46,760 bases of DNA. Source: Hyphomicrobiaceae bacterium. Its GTDB lineage: Bacteria > Pseudomonadota > Alphaproteobacteria > Rhizobiales > Hyphomicrobiaceae. Location: positions 1 to 46,760 of the forward strand of contig JBPCWB010000099.1 in the NCBI GenBank assembly GCA_051009955.1. Reading direction: 5' to 3'. This document shows, piece by piece, positions 21,546 to 30,930 of this stretch. A program made the position numbers and the translations under genes. Each line of letters begins with the position of its first letter. The stretch's first letter is position 1. The notes beneath the pieces are model-generated. The model saw only the letters and a program-made list of their open reading frames with translations, searched no databases and was not told the DNA's origin.

Positions 21546-22262
21546 CTAAGTCTGGCGCAACCCTTGGTCGAACAGGCCAAACAGTAGAAAACCTGCGAAA
21601 AATCCGCCGACATGCGCCTCCCAGGCAATCCCGCCGGCATTGAAAACTTCCGCAAAGAACAGACCGAAGATGAGATTGACGGCCGTCCAAACGCACACGG
21701 CCACTAAAACACGCCTGTTCGTTAGCGCCGCCACGAGGCCAGGTCGGGGAATGAGCTCTGGATGTTCCTGGATCAGTTGTCTTCCGCCTAACTCGATACC
21801 GGTGAAAATCACTCGAAAACTCGCACCCATGAGACCCGAAACGGCACCAGACGCGCCGACAACCACAACACTGGTGAATCCGTTGTACGCAACGTAGGCC
21901 AGGGCGCCGGCCACCGCACATACGATGAACAACAGCAACAACCGGACTGTGCCTGTCCGCCGCGCAATCATTGACCCAAATGCTAACAGCCACGCGCCAT
22001 TAACCAACAAGTGTACCCAGTCCGCATGTAGCAAGGCATGGGTGGCCATCGACGTCACGCCGATAACTCGGCCTCCGGGAAGTTCGGCTCCAAATTCACC
22101 CAGGCGAACAGGAAAGAATGCCAGATAGATGAGAACCTGCCGGTCGAGTTCAGGTCCAGCAATCTGACGCAGGGCGTGAATGCAGACCAATGCTCCTAGC
22201 AACGCCGCAACGCCCGCCGGCACATTGAACACAGGCTGGCGTACTGCGACCTGGTCATCCAT
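21546..22262 (-). CDS. Rhomboid family intramembrane serine protease
   Basis: 238 aa, polytopic. It has HADWVHLLVNG (the H..xxxN motif) and the catalytic GASGAVSGLMG motif, plus a downstream His (WEAHVGGF). Confidence 0.85.
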   Translation of the reverse strand: MDDQVAVRQPVFNVPAGVAALLGALVCIHALRQIAGPELDRQVLIYLAFFPVRLGEFGAELPGGRVIGVTSMATHALLHADWVHLLVNGAWLLAFGSMIARRTGTVRLLLLFIVCAVAGALAYVAYNGFTSVVVVGASGAVSGLMGASFRVIFTGIELGGRQLIQEHPELIPRPGLVAALTNRRVLVAVCVWTAVNLIFGLFFAEVFNAGGIAWEAHVGGFFAGFLLFGLFDQGLRQT

Positions 22263-22416
22263 CGTTGCGGCTCATCCCGTTCACCATCATCTCCACGATC
22301 TCGCGATTATCGTTAATACCGGGGCTCGCATCCCGCCTTGGCATGGATCCTGCTCTAATCCAGAAACCACTCGGACGCATGGCCCCGTTTCCGCGGTCAA
22401 TTGTCATTGCTCCTGA

Positions 22417-23139
22417 ATGGATGCGACGTTTTTGAGACCGGGATTTCTTGTGCAACGACTGGAACCAGTAGGGCCACCTTTAAAAGCAATGCAACAGCCA
22501 TCCTGCAAGATCCTATACGACTACTGGCAATCTTTGCGCGCGGGCCAAATCGTCCCACGGCGCATGGATCTCGACCCCACAAGGATCTCAGCCATTCTGC
22601 CGAACACGCTCCTTCTCGAAAGGACGGATCACGATCGCCTCACTATCCGCCTGGCCGGGACCCGCCTATGCGAGTTATTTGGCCGGGAACTCCGTGGGCA
22701 TGATTTCCGCCGTCTTTGGACGGCTTCGGATCAACGCCTGCTGCAGCATCACATCGCCCTTGGGGCTGCATCTGGTGAAGGCATCGAGATCTCCGTGCAA
22801 ACACAGACAAGCGCTGCGGCCAGCTTCATGACGGAACTGGTCCTTCTACCATTGACCGACAACCAAAATGTTATCACGCGCTGGGTCGGCGCATGGGACA
22901 TGGACGTCGCGCACCACTGGAGCCCCGGTGATCATTTGACGGGCTTCAAGATCTGCTCCTGTAAGGCCATCAATGATGCCTTTGCGGCAGTACCCCGAAC
23001 GGTGGATCAACGACACGCCGAAGCCGCACCGATGTTTGTGTTGCCGGCAGCAGATCGATTTGTCCGGCAGCGGCATCGCTATTTTCGCGTCTACGACGGT
23101 GGCCTATCAACACCTGACCCGGCGCCCGATCGGCACTGA
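22417..23139 (+). CDS. PAS_5 / COG5388-type PAS domain protein (alphaproteobacterial family, function unknown)
   Basis: Contains LYDYWQSLRAGQIVPRRMDLDPTRISAILPNTLLLERTDHDRLTIRLAGTRLCELFGRELRG, the family's hallmark as I remember it. The start is uncertain: ATG 22417, GTG 22450 or ATG 22489. Confidence 0.7.
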   Translation: MDATFLRPGFLVQRLEPVGPPLKAMQQPSCKILYDYWQSLRAGQIVPRRMDLDPTRISAILPNTLLLERTDHDRLTIRLAGTRLCELFGRELRGHDFRRLWTASDQRLLQHHIALGAASGEGIEISVQTQTSAAASFMTELVLLPLTDNQNVITRWVGAWDMDVAHHWSPGDHLTGFKICSCKAINDAFAAVPRTVDQRHAEAAPMFVLPAADRFVRQRHRYFRVYDGGLSTPDPAPDRH

Positions 23140-23297
23140 CGTTCGAATACCCAACTCGCATGCGACTTATGGTCAATATTTTCAATTCTTGCGGGCGCAA
23201 CACGGCAATCACAACCTGTTTATTGTCTCACGGTGAGACAGAAGATTTGCAGTTCCTTAACCCCTTCCAACGATACTTCGGCCAACGCAATTGATGA

Positions 23298-23981
23298 ATG
23301 TTCCGGCTTCGCACCGAAGCAGGAACGCATAGCTGCAAGGGTCTCGTCTTGTCAGAAGCCAGTCTTCCCTCCCCGGCTCGAGACCTGCGCCACTCTCGCA
23401 TTTCGCCAGACCGGCGGCGCCACAAGCGCGTTGAACTCGCGCTCCTCGGACGTTTCATGCGCGCCAGCAAAAACGAATATCCTTGCTGTCTGCTCAACAT
23501 GTCAGTTGGCGGTGCCCTCATCTCCTCACCGGTGTCGCTCGACCTCGACGAACGCATCGTCGTTTACTTCGATGAACTCGGTGGCCTTGAGGGTCATGTC
23601 GTTCGTCAGTTGGATACGGGCTTTGCAATTGAATTTGCAGCCACACAACGCAAGCGCCAAAAGCTCGCCGCTCAACTGACGTGGCTCATCAACCGCCACG
23701 AGGCCGGACTGCAGGATTTGCGGAAACCCGGTCACGAGCGGCGAGTGCTCGAAAATACGACAATCACGGTTCGTCACGAGAACGGCGAGAGCGAGGAATG
23801 CAAGGCCCTCGACGTCTCGATCTCCGGTGCGTCTCTACAGGGCCACAGCAAACCGCCCATCGGCACTATCCTCACGGTCGCAAACCTACGCGCCAAAGTC
23901 GTCCGACATCACGCCAACGGCTTCGGCGTAGCTTTCGTCGAACTCCAAAAGTCCGAAGCCATCCGCAAACACTTCGGTTGA
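23298..23981 (+). CDS. Tandem PilZ domain protein (putative c-di-GMP receptor)
   Basis: The first domain has canonical motifs RRRHKR (RxxxR) and NMSVGG (D/NxSxxG). The second domain keeps DVSISG but has no clear RxxxR. There is no signal peptide or transmembrane segment. The start is uncertain. Confidence 0.8.
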   Translation: MFRLRTEAGTHSCKGLVLSEASLPSPARDLRHSRISPDRRRHKRVELALLGRFMRASKNEYPCCLLNMSVGGALISSPVSLDLDERIVVYFDELGGLEGHVVRQLDTGFAIEFAATQRKRQKLAAQLTWLINRHEAGLQDLRKPGHERRVLENTTITVRHENGESEECKALDVSISGASLQGHSKPPIGTILTVANLRAKVVRHHANGFGVAFVELQKSEAIRKHFG

Positions 23982-24165
23982 GGTTACAACACCATAGTAA
24001 GAAGGTAATGCCATGCGTAAGAGCGTTAGTTCCATGTCCTCATGGTGGCGAAAGTTATCCCCAGCCACCTTTCGAACGCACAATGTCCAAAATTTCTCGA
24101 CATCCCGTTCATACTGTGCGGGTGTAGAGTTGGTTGGTAAAGCGTTGGTGCGTTCGGGGGTCAGT

Positions 24166-24789
24166 ATGCGGCTTGCGAGTTTGTTTGCGGTATTCGCTAT
24201 AGTATTGTCCGCAGGGCCGGAATTCGCAGCGCAGGCCAACAGTTCCAAATCGCGCTTCATGCGCGTACATGGCCAAGCCATCCCGCCATACGGATTCATT
24301 CAGTTCTGCGAGAGCTATCGCAGCGAATGCCAACCGGGCCAACGCCGCAACGCGCGTTTCACTGCCAGCCTCAACCGCTTGATCGAACTTGACGAAATCA
24401 ATCGCAGGGTCAATCGGGCCGTCAAGCCAGCCACGGATTCCGAGATATACGGCGTCGAGGAATACTGGACGTTCCCCAACGTCCAGGGCGACTGCGAAGA
24501 CTATGTTGTCTTGAAGCGGCGCCTGCTTATGAAGGCCGGATGGCCAGCGAGTGCGCTCTTGATCACAGTTGTCATGGACGAGAACAATGACGGTCATGCT
24601 GTACTGACTGCGCGCACAGCACAGGGCGACTTCGTCCTCGACAACAAAACCGCCCAGGTCAAACTCTGGTCGCAGACGCCGTACCGGTATGTGATGCGCC
24701 AGTCGTTTATTGATCCAAATCTTTGGATGTCGCTGGACCCGCAGGCGACGGTGACGCCGCAATCCATGGCAGGATTACGCACACAATAA
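24166..24789 (+). CDS. Periplasmic transglutaminase-like cysteine peptidase (BTLCP / Peptidase_C93, LapG-like)
   Basis: Start placed at ATG 24166, with GGGGG 5 nt upstream, giving the signal peptide MRLASLFAVFAIVLSAGPEFAAQA. The Cys-His-Asp triad contexts are GDCEDYVVLKR, DGHAVLTAR and FVLDNKT. Confidence 0.85.
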   Translation: MRLASLFAVFAIVLSAGPEFAAQANSSKSRFMRVHGQAIPPYGFIQFCESYRSECQPGQRRNARFTASLNRLIELDEINRRVNRAVKPATDSEIYGVEEYWTFPNVQGDCEDYVVLKRRLLMKAGWPASALLITVVMDENNDGHAVLTARTAQGDFVLDNKTAQVKLWSQTPYRYVMRQSFIDPNLWMSLDPQATVTPQSMAGLRTQ

Positions 24790-24817
24790 CCGGCGTCCTG
24801 GATTTGTGCACCGCGGC

Positions 24818-25351
24818 TCAGGCGTTCTGGGCCGCCATCCCTTTCGAAAACCGTCGCCAGTTCTTCTGGTAGTTGCCGGACGCTTGCCGATTGCGCTGCA
24901 AATCCGCCTCCGTGACCTCGCGGACGATTTTGCCAGGCGCACCAAGAACGACGGAGCGCGGTGGAATGACCTTGCCCTCCGGGATCAATGCGTGGGCGCC
25001 AATCAGGCAATCCTCGCCAATCACAGCGCCGTTGAGAACAATGGCGCCGATCCCGACCAGGCTGCCGCGTTTGATCGTACAGCCGTGCAGCATGACCATA
25101 TGGCCAATCGTGCACTCCTCTTCGATCGTCATCGGAAATCCGGGATCCGTATGCAGCACACAGCCGTCTTGGACGTTTGATCCACGGCCAATGCGGATCG
25201 GCTCGTTGTCGCCGCGGATCACCGCGTTGAACCAGACGCTCGCATTTTCCTCGAGAATGACGCGACCGACGACAGTCGCGTTGGGCGCAACCCAGCACGC
25301 ACCTGACTCGGGCATTTCAACGGCAACCCCGTCGAGAGAATAGAGAGTCAT
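24818..25351 (-). CDS. Gamma carbonic anhydrase family / hexapeptide-repeat protein (YrdA/PaaY-like)
   Basis: 177 aa with left-handed beta-helix hexapeptide repeats and conserved His residues (VLHTD..., IGHMVMLHGCTI). Confidence 0.9.
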   Translation of the reverse strand: MTLYSLDGVAVEMPESGACWVAPNATVVGRVILEENASVWFNAVIRGDNEPIRIGRGSNVQDGCVLHTDPGFPMTIEEECTIGHMVMLHGCTIKRGSLVGIGAIVLNGAVIGEDCLIGAHALIPEGKVIPPRSVVLGAPGKIVREVTEADLQRNRQASGNYQKNWRRFSKGMAAQNA

Positions 25352-25389
25352 TTCAGGACTACCTTGCGGGATACGGCTGCGCCCAGCCC

Positions 25390-25605
25390 TCAGTTTTGCT
25401 CATCGAGGTCAATGTCGAGGATCGCCATCTGGAGCTGATAGCTCACTTCGCCATCCTCATCCTCGCGGTAGAGAGGTGCGATGAATTCCTCGCCGATAAA
25501 GACCTCGGCCATATCCGTTTTCTTCGGATGCATGACAACGCGCAATGCTTCCGTATGGAACATCTTGCGCAGGTAGCGTTCCAAGCGTTCAATATCATCT
25601 TTCAT
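25390..25605 (-). CDS. DUF3126 family protein
   Basis: Start placed at ATG 25605. The product begins MKDDIERLERYLRKMFHTEALRVV... and is small and acidic. Its position next to cysE is the usual one in Alphaproteobacteria. Confidence 0.8.
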   Translation of the reverse strand: MKDDIERLERYLRKMFHTEALRVVMHPKKTDMAEVFIGEEFIAPLYREDEDGEVSYQLQMAILDIDLDEQN

Positions 25606-25707
25606 AGCACGCCCCACCTCTCAATTATTGTTGCTACATGCTGGCGCGCCATAACTTTCCTTGGGACCAGGCCAACGCCCATCCCATGCACACTAACGAT
25701 GGTGAAA

Positions 25708-26541
25708 TCAATCATCTATTGCGACGCGTTGATCCATTGACCGGGCTGGTTCGGGACAGCCCGCCGGACCGACGATCTTGGCCGGCACGCCCGCCACCGT
25801 CGACGACGGCGGGATATCTTTGAGGACCACGCTGCCCGCAGCGATACGGCAGCAATCGCCAACCACAATGTTGCCGAGCACCTTGGCGCCAGCCCCGATC
25901 ATCACGCTGTTACCGATGGTCGGATGGCGATCACCCGTTTCCTTGCCGGTGCCACCGAGTGTGACACCGTGCAGAAGCGAAACGTTGTCGCCGATCCGCG
26001 CCGTTTCGCCAACCACGATGGCATGACCATGATCAATCATGATCCCCTGCCCAATCACCGCCGCCGGATGAATGTCCACGGAAAACGCCTTGGATACCTG
26101 GCTCTGCAGATAGAGCGCAAAATCTCGACGTCCCTTCAGCCAAAGTTTGTGCGCAAAGCGATAGGCGACGAGCGCATGGAAGCCCTTAAAGTAGAGCAGT
26201 GGCTCAAGGTATCGCCCGCACGCCGGATCACGATCGAAGACAGCGGCTAGATCCGCGCGGAATACCTGCCGCAGCTTGGTATGCTCGGCGAGAATATCCT
26301 GGAACACCTGATAGATATGACCCGCATCCACGTCCGGATGACTGAGACGCTGCGAGACCCGGTGGCAGATCGCATCTTCGAGCCGATCCTGGCTGAGAAC
26401 AGTTGCGTAGATAAAACCGCCCAAGCTGGGTTCGCGCTCGATTGCGCTCTCTGCTTCCAACTGGACGTCCACCCATATGGGGTCGACGCTGCTGACTTGA
26501 GACTTTGGGGCTGATTGCGACATTGCCATGAAACGCTCCAT
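25708..26541 (-). CDS. cysE: Serine O-acetyltransferase
   Basis: 277 aa with an N-terminal SATase helical domain (LYFKGFHALVAYRFAHKLW) and hexapeptide repeats (DIHPAAVIGQGIMIDHGHAIVVGETA...GDRHPTIG). Confidence 0.92.
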   Translation of the reverse strand: MERFMAMSQSAPKSQVSSVDPIWVDVQLEAESAIEREPSLGGFIYATVLSQDRLEDAICHRVSQRLSHPDVDAGHIYQVFQDILAEHTKLRQVFRADLAAVFDRDPACGRYLEPLLYFKGFHALVAYRFAHKLWLKGRRDFALYLQSQVSKAFSVDIHPAAVIGQGIMIDHGHAIVVGETARIGDNVSLLHGVTLGGTGKETGDRHPTIGNSVMIGAGAKVLGNIVVGDCCRIAAGSVVLKDIPPSSTVAGVPAKIVGPAGCPEPARSMDQRVAIDD

Positions 26542-27043
26542 GCGCCTGAACTGCGGATGCTGACGCGGATCCTAGGGACCAACATAGGCAAATGTTCTAT
26601 CGGCGCCAGCCCCATTCCAGCAATTCGGACAACCGACGCTTGCTGAGGACACCCACGAAAAAAAATCTGGTTTGTCCACATCCGTCATTTCGCACCTGCA
26701 CAATAACTGCCCTGACGCAAATGAGACGCAGCCCGACTGAAATGAACCCACTGCAGTTTCAAGCACTCTGAAAAACGCACAATGCAAAAACATGCCAAAC
26801 AAGAAAAAATCATACTATCGTCGTAGCCTTGGATAAAACGTTACCCAAAAAGCACATTGGTCTTTCGCTGCAACATTTCACTCGTTTTGTGCAAAACATG
26901 GCGACTTTAAGATGGTTGTCGCTCGCAATGCAGCATGCATTTTGGTTGATTCTTCAGACTATTACGCCTTACATCGCTGCCAATGGACGCCGGAAAGCGA
27001 GTCGATTGACTCGAGAACAGACCGGCGAATTGAGGAGGCAAAC

Positions 27044-27127
27044 ATGGGACTGACAAGGCAGTTGACTTACGCGCTCGCCCTCGCATCGTTCCTGTTCCTG
27101 GGAGCGGTCGTCGTCGGCATGATCTGA
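27044..27127 (+). CDS. 27-aa hydrophobic small protein (candidate, unannotated type)
   Basis: The product is MGLTRQLTYALALASFLFLGAVVVGMI. GAGGAGG (27032..27038) lies 5 nt before the ATG. 22 of 27 codons end in G/C, like bona fide genes here, whereas the surrounding DNA is AT-rich. A strong terminator lies 45 nt downstream. Confidence 0.45.
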   Translation: MGLTRQLTYALALASFLFLGAVVVGMI

Positions 27128-27171
27128 CGGCGAGTCGCAACGCCATCCGAATCAAACACATACACAAATCT

Positions 27172-27205
27172 GGATCTGGCGCGCTCGGTCTCGGGCGCGT
27201 CAGAT
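27172..27205. terminator. Strong bidirectional intrinsic terminator hairpin
   Basis: GATCTGGCGCGCTCG-GTCT-CGGGCGCGTCAGATC forms a 15-bp stem (two G-U pairs) with a 4-nt loop. It is followed by TGTTTGTG on the plus strand and CAGATTTGTGT on the minus strand. It lies between the convergent small ORF (+) and the last gene of the metH operon (-). Confidence 0.6.
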
Positions 27206-27224
27206 CTGTTTGTGCGTGTCTCGG

Positions 27225-27575
27225 TCAGCGTTTGATGGCATAGCCCAGAACAGCGCCGATCAGCGGATAAGCCCGATGCGGTATCCGGACGACGCCATCG
27301 ATGGCGCGCATGATATCGGGCACCAGCGTGAGCCCGGCAAAAATGACCGCGCAAACAAGGGAAACGATGAGCGTCGATGGCGTCGGCTGACCGACGTCCT
27401 TCAGGACAAGTGCCCCGATCAAGCCCACCAACCATACAATCAATGCAACAACGGCGGCCATGACGAACAAATCGAGCTGACCGAGCTTGGGTAGATATTT
27501 GAGCACTTCCGGCGTGGCGAACCAACCCACGGCCAATTGCACCAAGATGAGCACCAAGCGTCCGAACATGCGCAA
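27225..27575 (-). CDS. Small polytopic membrane protein, unknown function (last gene of metH operon)
   Basis: 116 aa with about 4 hydrophobic segments (LVLILVQLAVGWF, LFVMAAVVALIVWLVGLIGALVL, LIVSLVCAVIFAGLTLV, YPLIGAVLGYAI). It starts 68 nt downstream of the metH stop, on the same strand. Confidence 0.6.
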   Translation of the reverse strand: MRMFGRLVLILVQLAVGWFATPEVLKYLPKLGQLDLFVMAAVVALIVWLVGLIGALVLKDVGQPTPSTLIVSLVCAVIFAGLTLVPDIMRAIDGVVRIPHRAYPLIGAVLGYAIKR

Positions 27576-27643
27576 TTATCCCCTCAACAAATAATGCCGG
27601 TCCCGCTCTGCCTCGTCGGACGGTGCAAGTCAACCCAAACCCA

Positions 27644-30331
27644 CTATGCCGCCGAATCGATTGACCGGCGTGGATCATAGTTGAGCACCGGCGATAGCCA
27701 GCGTTCCGCTACAGCCAGCGACCAGCCTTTTCGCCGGGCATAGTCAGCGACCTGATCCTGCTCGATGTGTCCGACACCGAAGTAATAGGATTGTGGATGA
27801 GCGAAATAGAGGCCTGATACCGACGCGCCGGGCCACATCGCGCAACTTTCAGTCAGTTTGATCCCTGTGACGTCCGTCGCCTCCAACAGGGAGAACAGTG
27901 TTGTCTTTTCGGTGTGATCGGGCTGCGCCGGATAGCCAGGTGCTGGACGAATGCCGTCATAGGCTTCGCCGATCAATTCCTGATGAGTGAGGTTCTCATG
28001 CGCGCCATAGCCCCAGAATTCGCGCCGCACGCGCTCATGTAGATGTTCGGCAAACGCCTCAGCGAGGCGATCCGCCAATGCCTTCAGCATGATACTGCTA
28101 TAATCATCTGTTTCGTCAATGTAGCGGTCCTGCGCCTGCTCCTCGCCAAGCCCGGCGGTCACGGCGAATCCACCAATGTAGTCGCGGACGCCGCTGTCGC
28201 ACGGGGCAACGAAATCAGCCAAAGCGACATGTGCGCGGCGGCGTTTGGCATCGCGCGCCATTTGTTGCCGCAAGGCATGGAGCGTTGCTATCGGCTCGCC
28301 TCGTTCCTCATCCGCGAACACCTGAATGTCATCGCCATCCGAGTTGGCCGGCCACAACCCGATCACACCATTTGCCTGCAACCATTTTTCATCAACGATC
28401 CGCTGCAGCATGACGCGCGCATCTTGATAGAGTTTGCGGGCCTCAGCTCCAACCTTGTTGTCGTCGAAAATGGCGGGATACCTGCCGACAAGTTCCCATG
28501 TCGCAAAGAACGGCGACCAGTCAATATAGGGAACAAGCGCGGAAAGATCGTAGTCACGGAACACCGTGCGACCGAGCTGAACTGGCACGGGCGGCTGATA
28601 ATTGGCCCAGTCAATTCCCAACTTGTTGGCACGGGCCTCTTCAAGCGTGATTCGCTGTTTGCGCAACTCGCCGGCACGATATGCCTCGCGCACGTTGTCA
28701 TACTCGGCCCTCACGCCGGAGACGAAACGATCGTTTTCCGTCTCGGACAACAGCTTCGACACGACGCCGACGGCGCGACTGGCATCCGTCACGTAAACGG
28801 TCTGCCCAGTCGTGTAGTTGGGACTGATTTTAACTGCCGTGTGGACCTTGCTGGTCGTTGCACCACCGATCAACAACGGTTTTTCATATCCGGAACGCTC
28901 CAACTCGGAGGCGACGAAACACATCTCGTCGAGCGACGGCGTAATAAGACCGGACAGCCCGATGACATCGACGTTCTCCGCGCGCGCCACATCAAGAATT
29001 TTAGCAGCCGGCACCATCACGCCGAGATCAATGACCCTATAGTTGTTACATTGCAGCACGACACCAACGATATTCTTCCCGATATCGTGGACATCTCCCT
29101 TGACTGTCGCCATCAGGATCTTGCCGGCCTCCGGCATGGCATCCAGTCCGGACGCTTTCTTTTCGGCTTCCAAATAGGGCTGCAGATATGCGACGGCCTG
29201 CTTCATGACACGCGCCGACTTCACGACCTGGGGCAGGAACATTTTGCCAGCGCCAAAGAGATCGCCAACAATGTTCATTCCAGCCATCAGCGGGCCCTCG
29301 ATCACCTCAAGTGGCTTGTCCGCCTCACGCCGCGCCTCTTCGGTATCGGCCTCAATGAAATCATTGAGGCCGTGGACCAGCGCATGGGCAAGCCGCTCTT
29401 TTACGGGAGCATTGCGCCAGGACAGGTCGGCTTCCCTCTGCTTGACACCTTCACCCTGAAATCGGACGGCCTCTTCGAGCAAGCGATCTGTCGCGTCCTC
29501 ACGCCGATTGAGAATGACGTCTTCGCACAGATCCCGCAGCTCGGGATCGATATCATCATAGATCGTGATCTGACCGGCGTTGACGATCGCCATATCGAGA
29601 CCGGCCTGGATGGCGTGAAACAGGAAAACCGAGTGCATCGCCTGGCGCACCGCTTCATTGCCGCGAAACGAGAAGGAGAGATTGGAAACGCCGCCGGAAA
29701 CGTGAGCAAACGGCAGTCGCGCGCGGATCTCACGCGTTGCCTCAATAAATGCAACACCATAGGCGTTGTGTTCCTCAATCCCGGTTGCAACAGCAAAGAT
29801 GTTTGGATCGAAGATAATGTCTTCCGGCGGGAAACCGACATCCTCTGTCAAGATGCGATACGCTCGTTCGCAGATCTCGATTTTCCGTTCGACAGAGTCT
29901 GCCTGGCCTTCCTCATCGAATGCCATCACAACCGTGGCCGCTCCGTAGCGCAATATCTTTCGCGCCTGCTCACGAAACGCCTCTTCGCCCTCCTTGAGGC
30001 TGATGGAGTTGACGATTGCCTTGCCCTGGACGCACTTCAGGCCCGCCTCGATGACCGACCATTTTGACGAGTCGATCATCACGGGAACACGTGCGATATC
30101 CGGTTCGGTCGCGATCAGGTTGAGGAAACGCACCATGGCCTGCTCGCTATCGAGCAGGCCTTCATCCATGTTCACATCGATGATCTGCGCGCCGTTTTCA
30201 ACCTGCTGGCGAGCAACGCTGACCGCAGCCCCGTAGTCGTTGGCTTCGATCAGTTTGCGAAACCGGGCTGAACCTGTGACGTTTGTCCGTTCACCGATGT
30301 TGATGAACGTCGCCGCAGCGGAATGTGTCAC
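27644..30331 (-). CDS. metH: Cobalamin-dependent methionine synthase lacking the homocysteine-binding module (pterin-binding + B12-binding + AdoMet reactivation domains)
   Basis: 895 aa, starting directly in the pterin barrel ([21 protein letters not shown]...). B12 motifs are [19 protein letters not shown] and LLIGGATTS. The reactivation domain shows [12 protein letters not shown] and the tail ...[11 protein letters not shown]. Confidence 0.95.
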   Translation of the reverse strand: MTHSAAATFINIGERTNVTGSARFRKLIEANDYGAAVSVARQQVENGAQIIDVNMDEGLLDSEQAMVRFLNLIATEPDIARVPVMIDSSKWSVIEAGLKCVQGKAIVNSISLKEGEEAFREQARKILRYGAATVVMAFDEEGQADSVERKIEICERAYRILTEDVGFPPEDIIFDPNIFAVATGIEEHNAYGVAFIEATREIRARLPFAHVSGGVSNLSFSFRGNEAVRQAMHSVFLFHAIQAGLDMAIVNAGQITIYDDIDPELRDLCEDVILNRREDATDRLLEEAVRFQGEGVKQREADLSWRNAPVKERLAHALVHGLNDFIEADTEEARREADKPLEVIEGPLMAGMNIVGDLFGAGKMFLPQVVKSARVMKQAVAYLQPYLEAEKKASGLDAMPEAGKILMATVKGDVHDIGKNIVGVVLQCNNYRVIDLGVMVPAAKILDVARAENVDVIGLSGLITPSLDEMCFVASELERSGYEKPLLIGGATTSKVHTAVKISPNYTTGQTVYVTDASRAVGVVSKLLSETENDRFVSGVRAEYDNVREAYRAGELRKQRITLEEARANKLGIDWANYQPPVPVQLGRTVFRDYDLSALVPYIDWSPFFATWELVGRYPAIFDDNKVGAEARKLYQDARVMLQRIVDEKWLQANGVIGLWPANSDGDDIQVFADEERGEPIATLHALRQQMARDAKRRRAHVALADFVAPCDSGVRDYIGGFAVTAGLGEEQAQDRYIDETDDYSSIMLKALADRLAEAFAEHLHERVRREFWGYGAHENLTHQELIGEAYDGIRPAPGYPAQPDHTEKTTLFSLLEATDVTGIKLTESCAMWPGASVSGLYFAHPQSYYFGVGHIEQDQVADYARRKGWSLAVAERWLSPVLNYDPRRSIDSAA

Positions 30332-30390
30332 GCGTAATCATCCTCCTCGGAAGTCTCAGAACCAGTCCGAACGCTTCCGTGTCATACTCG

Positions 30391-30909
30391 TTAGATGCCT
30401 GATGAGAAGAGGCTCAGGCTTTGCAAATAAGGCCAACCCAACAACCAGAATGCCGACGTCAACACCAACACCGCGCCCGACAGAATGATTGGATCACGCC
30501 AGCCACGTGTCGGGGCCAGCACTGTGATCGCGGCCTTGTTCTCATGCACATCGACCACGGCTCCAGCGAGACGTTCCGCATAGGCATCACGCACGACATG
30601 GCCCATGATCGGGATGAACAGGCGCCAAGCCGATCGCGTCAGCAACCCGGCCGGCCAGCGGATCGTCGGGTCCACCACCCACAATTCAGACGTCACCTGA
30701 TTGCGTTTCTCATCGTAGTGTGCCCGCGTGAACACGCTATACTCGCGCGGAAAGTACGCCTGCGCCTTCTGCTTGACGAGTATGCCGACCTCGCCGTCAA
30801 GCGCTTCCAGTTCCCGATAAAGCTGCGAGCGCACTTCCGGAGACGACAGACTCACGCTGTCGTCAAGCGTGCGCGGGACCGCCGGCAGCTCGATTTTGAT
30901 TATTCGCAT
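30391..30909 (-). CDS. Hypothetical protein with single C-terminal transmembrane segment (orfB in the metH split)
   Basis: 172 aa. The ATG is preceded by GAGGGGA 6 nt upstream, and third codon positions are strongly G/C. The C-terminal hydrophobic stretch is ILSGAVLVLTSAFWLLGW. I recognise no family. Confidence 0.6.
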   Translation of the reverse strand: MRIIKIELPAVPRTLDDSVSLSSPEVRSQLYRELEALDGEVGILVKQKAQAYFPREYSVFTRAHYDEKRNQVTSELWVVDPTIRWPAGLLTRSAWRLFIPIMGHVVRDAYAERLAGAVVDVHENKAAITVLAPTRGWRDPIILSGAVLVLTSAFWLLGWPYLQSLSLFSSGI

Positions 30910-30930
30910 GGTCGTCCCCTCACGCCCCCC

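Noticed and set aside
24013-24165. N-terminal extension of the BTLCP protease (258-aa version starting at ATG 24013, with AGAAGG upstream)
   Set aside because: The extension has a clearly lower G/C third-position bias than the rest of the gene and no family-like sequence. The ATG at 24166 gives a standard signal peptide and has its own G-rich SD. The longer form cannot be fully excluded.
26912-27043. 71-aa version of the small ORF (start 26912)
   Set aside because: The upstream 44 codons are AT-rich with no SD, and their sequence does not look protein-like. The strong SD sits directly before the internal ATG at 27044.
28043-30067. 674-aa ORF on the plus strand
   Set aside because: It lies entirely antisense to the unmistakable metH core gene. 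Its translation is Arg/His/Leu/Cys-rich with no recognisable motif. This is a typical stop-poor shadow frame in GC-rich coding DNA.
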